Of a stretch of DNA of 64,000 bases, positions 59,622-64,000 are shown one piece after another. This stretch comes from Myxococcota bacterium (GTDB lineage: Bacteria > Myxococcota_A > UBA9042 > PHBI01 > JAWLBL01), in NCBI GenBank assembly GCA_041687695.1, contig JAWLBL010000006.1:160001-224000 (forward strand), given 5' to 3'. The position numbers and the translations under genes were made by a program. The notes under the pieces were generated by a model, which saw only the letters and a list, made by a program, of their open reading frames with translations, ran no database searches and was not told the DNA's origin. Position 1 is the first letter of the stretch. Every line of letters begins with the position of its first letter.

Positions 59622-59936
59622 TCAGCCGGCCAGGCGCCCGGCCACCTGGTCGGGATCCAGGCCCTCGACCCGCACGCGCTTGCGGCGCCCGGTCGCGCCG
59701 GCCATCAGCGTCACGGCGCCCCTGGGCACCCCCAGCGCGGCCGCGAAGAAGCGCACCAGGGCCGCGTTCGCCTCGCCGTCGACCGGCGGGGCCGCCAGGG
59801 CGATCTTGAGCATGCCGTCGTGCACGCCGACGACGGCGGTCCGGCTGGCGCGCGGCTGCGCGTAGACGGGGACGACGCACGCGTCCCCGTCCGCGCTCAG
59901 CACGGCGCGCACCGCGGCCGGGTCCAGGGCGGCTAT
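59622..59936 (-). CDS. DUF167/YggU family protein
   Basis: [28 protein letters not shown]; start uncertain (ATA 59936 or GTG 59912). Confidence 0.88.
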   Translation of the reverse strand: MAALDPAAVRAVLSADGDACVVPVYAQPRASRTAVVGVHDGMLKIALAAPPVDGEANAALVRFFAAALGVPRGAVTLMAGATGRRKRVRVEGLDPDQVAGRLAG

Positions 59937-60871
59937 CGGAACAGCTCCGAGATCGAGTCGCCGTCGTGGATGCGGCGGATGGCCTTGGCGAAGATCTCGG
60001 CGACCGACAGGACGCGGAACTTCGACGACTCCTTGCCGGCGAGCGGGATGGTGTCGGTGAAGACCAGCTCGTGGATGGCCGAGCGCTCGAGGCGTTCGAC
60101 GGCCGTGCCAGCGAGGACCGGGTGCGTGAAGGCGGCCGTGACCGCCTGGGCGCCCCTCTCCATCAGGAAGTTGGCGGCCTCGACCAGGGTGCCGCCCGTC
60201 GAGACCTCGTCGTCGATGATGATGGCGTGCTTGCCCTCGACCTCGCCGATGATGTGGGTGGCCTTGGGGCGCTCGGAGTCGTCGTAGCGACGCTTGTCGA
60301 TGATGGCCATCGGCAGGTTCAGGCGGTTGGCATAGCGTCCCACCTCCTTGGCCTCGCCCGCGTCGCCGGCGACGAGGACGGCGTTCGTCAGGTCCTGGGT
60401 GCGCAGGTAGTCGGCGATGATCGGCGTCGCCTGCAGGTGGTCGACGGGCACGCGGAAGAAGCCGGCGATCTGCGGGGCGTGCAGATCCATCGTCACGACG
60501 CGGTTGGCGCCGGCCGTCTCGAGGAGATCGGCCATCAGGCGGGCCGTGATCGAGATGCGCGGCTTGTCCTTCTTGTCCGAGCGCACGTACGGGAAGTAGG
60601 GCATGACCGCGGTGATGCGCCCGGCCGAGGCGTGCTTGAGGGCGTCGATGGTGATGAGCAGCTCGATGATGCCCTCGTTCACCGGGGGCGCCGACGTCTG
60701 CACCACGAACACGTCGCAGCCGCGCACGTTCTCGTTGATCTTGACCATCAGGTTCTCGTTGGAGAACCGGATGACCTCGCTCCGGCCGACCGGCACGTCG
60801 AGGATGTGACACATCTGGGCGGCGAGGAGCGGGTGCGAGCTCCCGCTGAAGATCTTGAGGGGACCGTTCAT
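59933..60871 (-). CDS. prs: Ribose-phosphate pyrophosphokinase
   Basis: [41 protein letters not shown]. Confidence 0.95.
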   Translation of the reverse strand: MNGPLKIFSGSSHPLLAAQMCHILDVPVGRSEVIRFSNENLMVKINENVRGCDVFVVQTSAPPVNEGIIELLITIDALKHASAGRITAVMPYFPYVRSDKKDKPRISITARLMADLLETAGANRVVTMDLHAPQIAGFFRVPVDHLQATPIIADYLRTQDLTNAVLVAGDAGEAKEVGRYANRLNLPMAIIDKRRYDDSERPKATHIIGEVEGKHAIIIDDEVSTGGTLVEAANFLMERGAQAVTAAFTHPVLAGTAVERLERSAIHELVFTDTIPLAGKESSKFRVLSVAEIFAKAIRRIHDGDSISELFR

Positions 60872-61073
60872 GACGACGTCTCCGAGCAGGCGAGGGGAGC
60901 CACAGGCGCGCCCTTCCTAATGACCGGGTCCGCCCATGTCAACGACTGCCGCCAGCCGCCACGGGGCCGCTCGGCAACCGTGCAACACCATCCTTGACGC
61001 GGACTTGGCCGGGGACATAAACAAGCGCCCCGCATACCGGAACCAGGACGAGCCACCAGCGCGGAGCCGAACC

Positions 61074-62312
<1,239 letters not shown>

Positions 62313-62389
62313 AGAGGTCCGACGCGCGGGGGGCGGTCCGGCGACGGGAGCCCCTCGAGCGACGTGCCCGCCACTACCCGGGGAACCCC

Positions 62390-63550
<1,161 letters not shown>

Positions 63551-63561
63551 GGAGGAGACCG

Positions 63562-64000
63562 ATGGCCATCTTCGTCGACGAGAACACCCGCGTCGTCGTC
63601 CAGGGGATCACCGGCTCCGCCGGCTCCTTCCACGCCCGCCAGATGGTGGAGTACGGCACCAAGGTCGTGGCCGGCGTCACCCCCGGCAAGCAGGGCCAGG
63701 ACTTCGACGGCATCCCGATCTTCGACACGGTCGGCAAGGCCGTGCGCGAGCAGGGCGCCAACGCCTCGGTCGTCTACGTGCCCCCGCCCTTCGCGGCGGA
63801 CGCCATCATGGAGGCGGCGGCCGCGGGCGTTCAGCTCATCGTCGCCATCACCGAGGGCATCCCCGTCCTCGACATGATGAAGGTCAAGGTCTTCCTGCGC
63901 GACTACCCGGGCGTGCGCCTCATCGGGCCGAACTGCCCCGGCGTCATCAGCCCGGGCAAGTGCAAGATCGGCATCATGCCGGGCCACATCCACAAGGAAG
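63562..64000 (+). CDS. sucD: Succinyl-CoA ligase alpha subunit (partial, runs off the window)
   Basis: Manual translation: [61 protein letters not shown]. Confidence 0.95.
   Translation, partial: MAIFVDENTRVVVQGITGSAGSFHARQMVEYGTKVVAGVTPGKQGQDFDGIPIFDTVGKAVREQGANASVVYVPPPFAADAIMEAAAAGVQLIVAITEGIPVLDMMKVKVFLRDYPGVRLIGPNCPGVISPGKCKIGIMPGHIHKE

Overview
High-GC, gene-dense chromosomal segment. The Cys-rich lipoproteins, Ser/Thr kinase, sigma-54 motifs and CGCDGVTY Kazal repeats suggest a Myxococcota/deltaproteobacterial-type organism (inference). It holds about 60 genes: housekeeping (acs, rpmB, glpD, ihfB, tRNA-Arg(CCU), metG, apt, surE, prs, icd, sucC, partial sucD), assorted hydrolases, oxidoreductases and transporters, and many secreted Cys-rich or low-complexity lipoproteins. 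I saw no integrase, transposase, prophage, rRNA or CRISPR array. Most notable: (1) an intact-ORF paralog of NAD+-dependent DNA ligase that lacks domain Ia and BRCT and has lost most catalytic residues but keeps the OB, Zn-finger and HhH DNA-clamp regions, directly followed by a phosphoribosyltransferase-fold gene with a degenerate PRPP loop (candidate pseudoenzyme pair); (2) a 166-bp MITE-like element with 18-bp terminal inverted repeats inserted in frame in an atoE-like transporter; (3) a REP-like hairpin family at two loci, with a compensatory stem change; (4) a CCACGG-based repeat family found both intergenically and as linkers in two lipoproteins; (5) a sigma-54 promoter / 37-aa peptide / terminator unit upstream of glpD; (6) a pseudo-histidine kinase, a compact diverged sigma factor and a conserved-looking hypothetical with a possible RNase-like C-terminus. 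All family calls come from motif recognition by eye, with no database search, and start codons were chosen from RBS and homology context.
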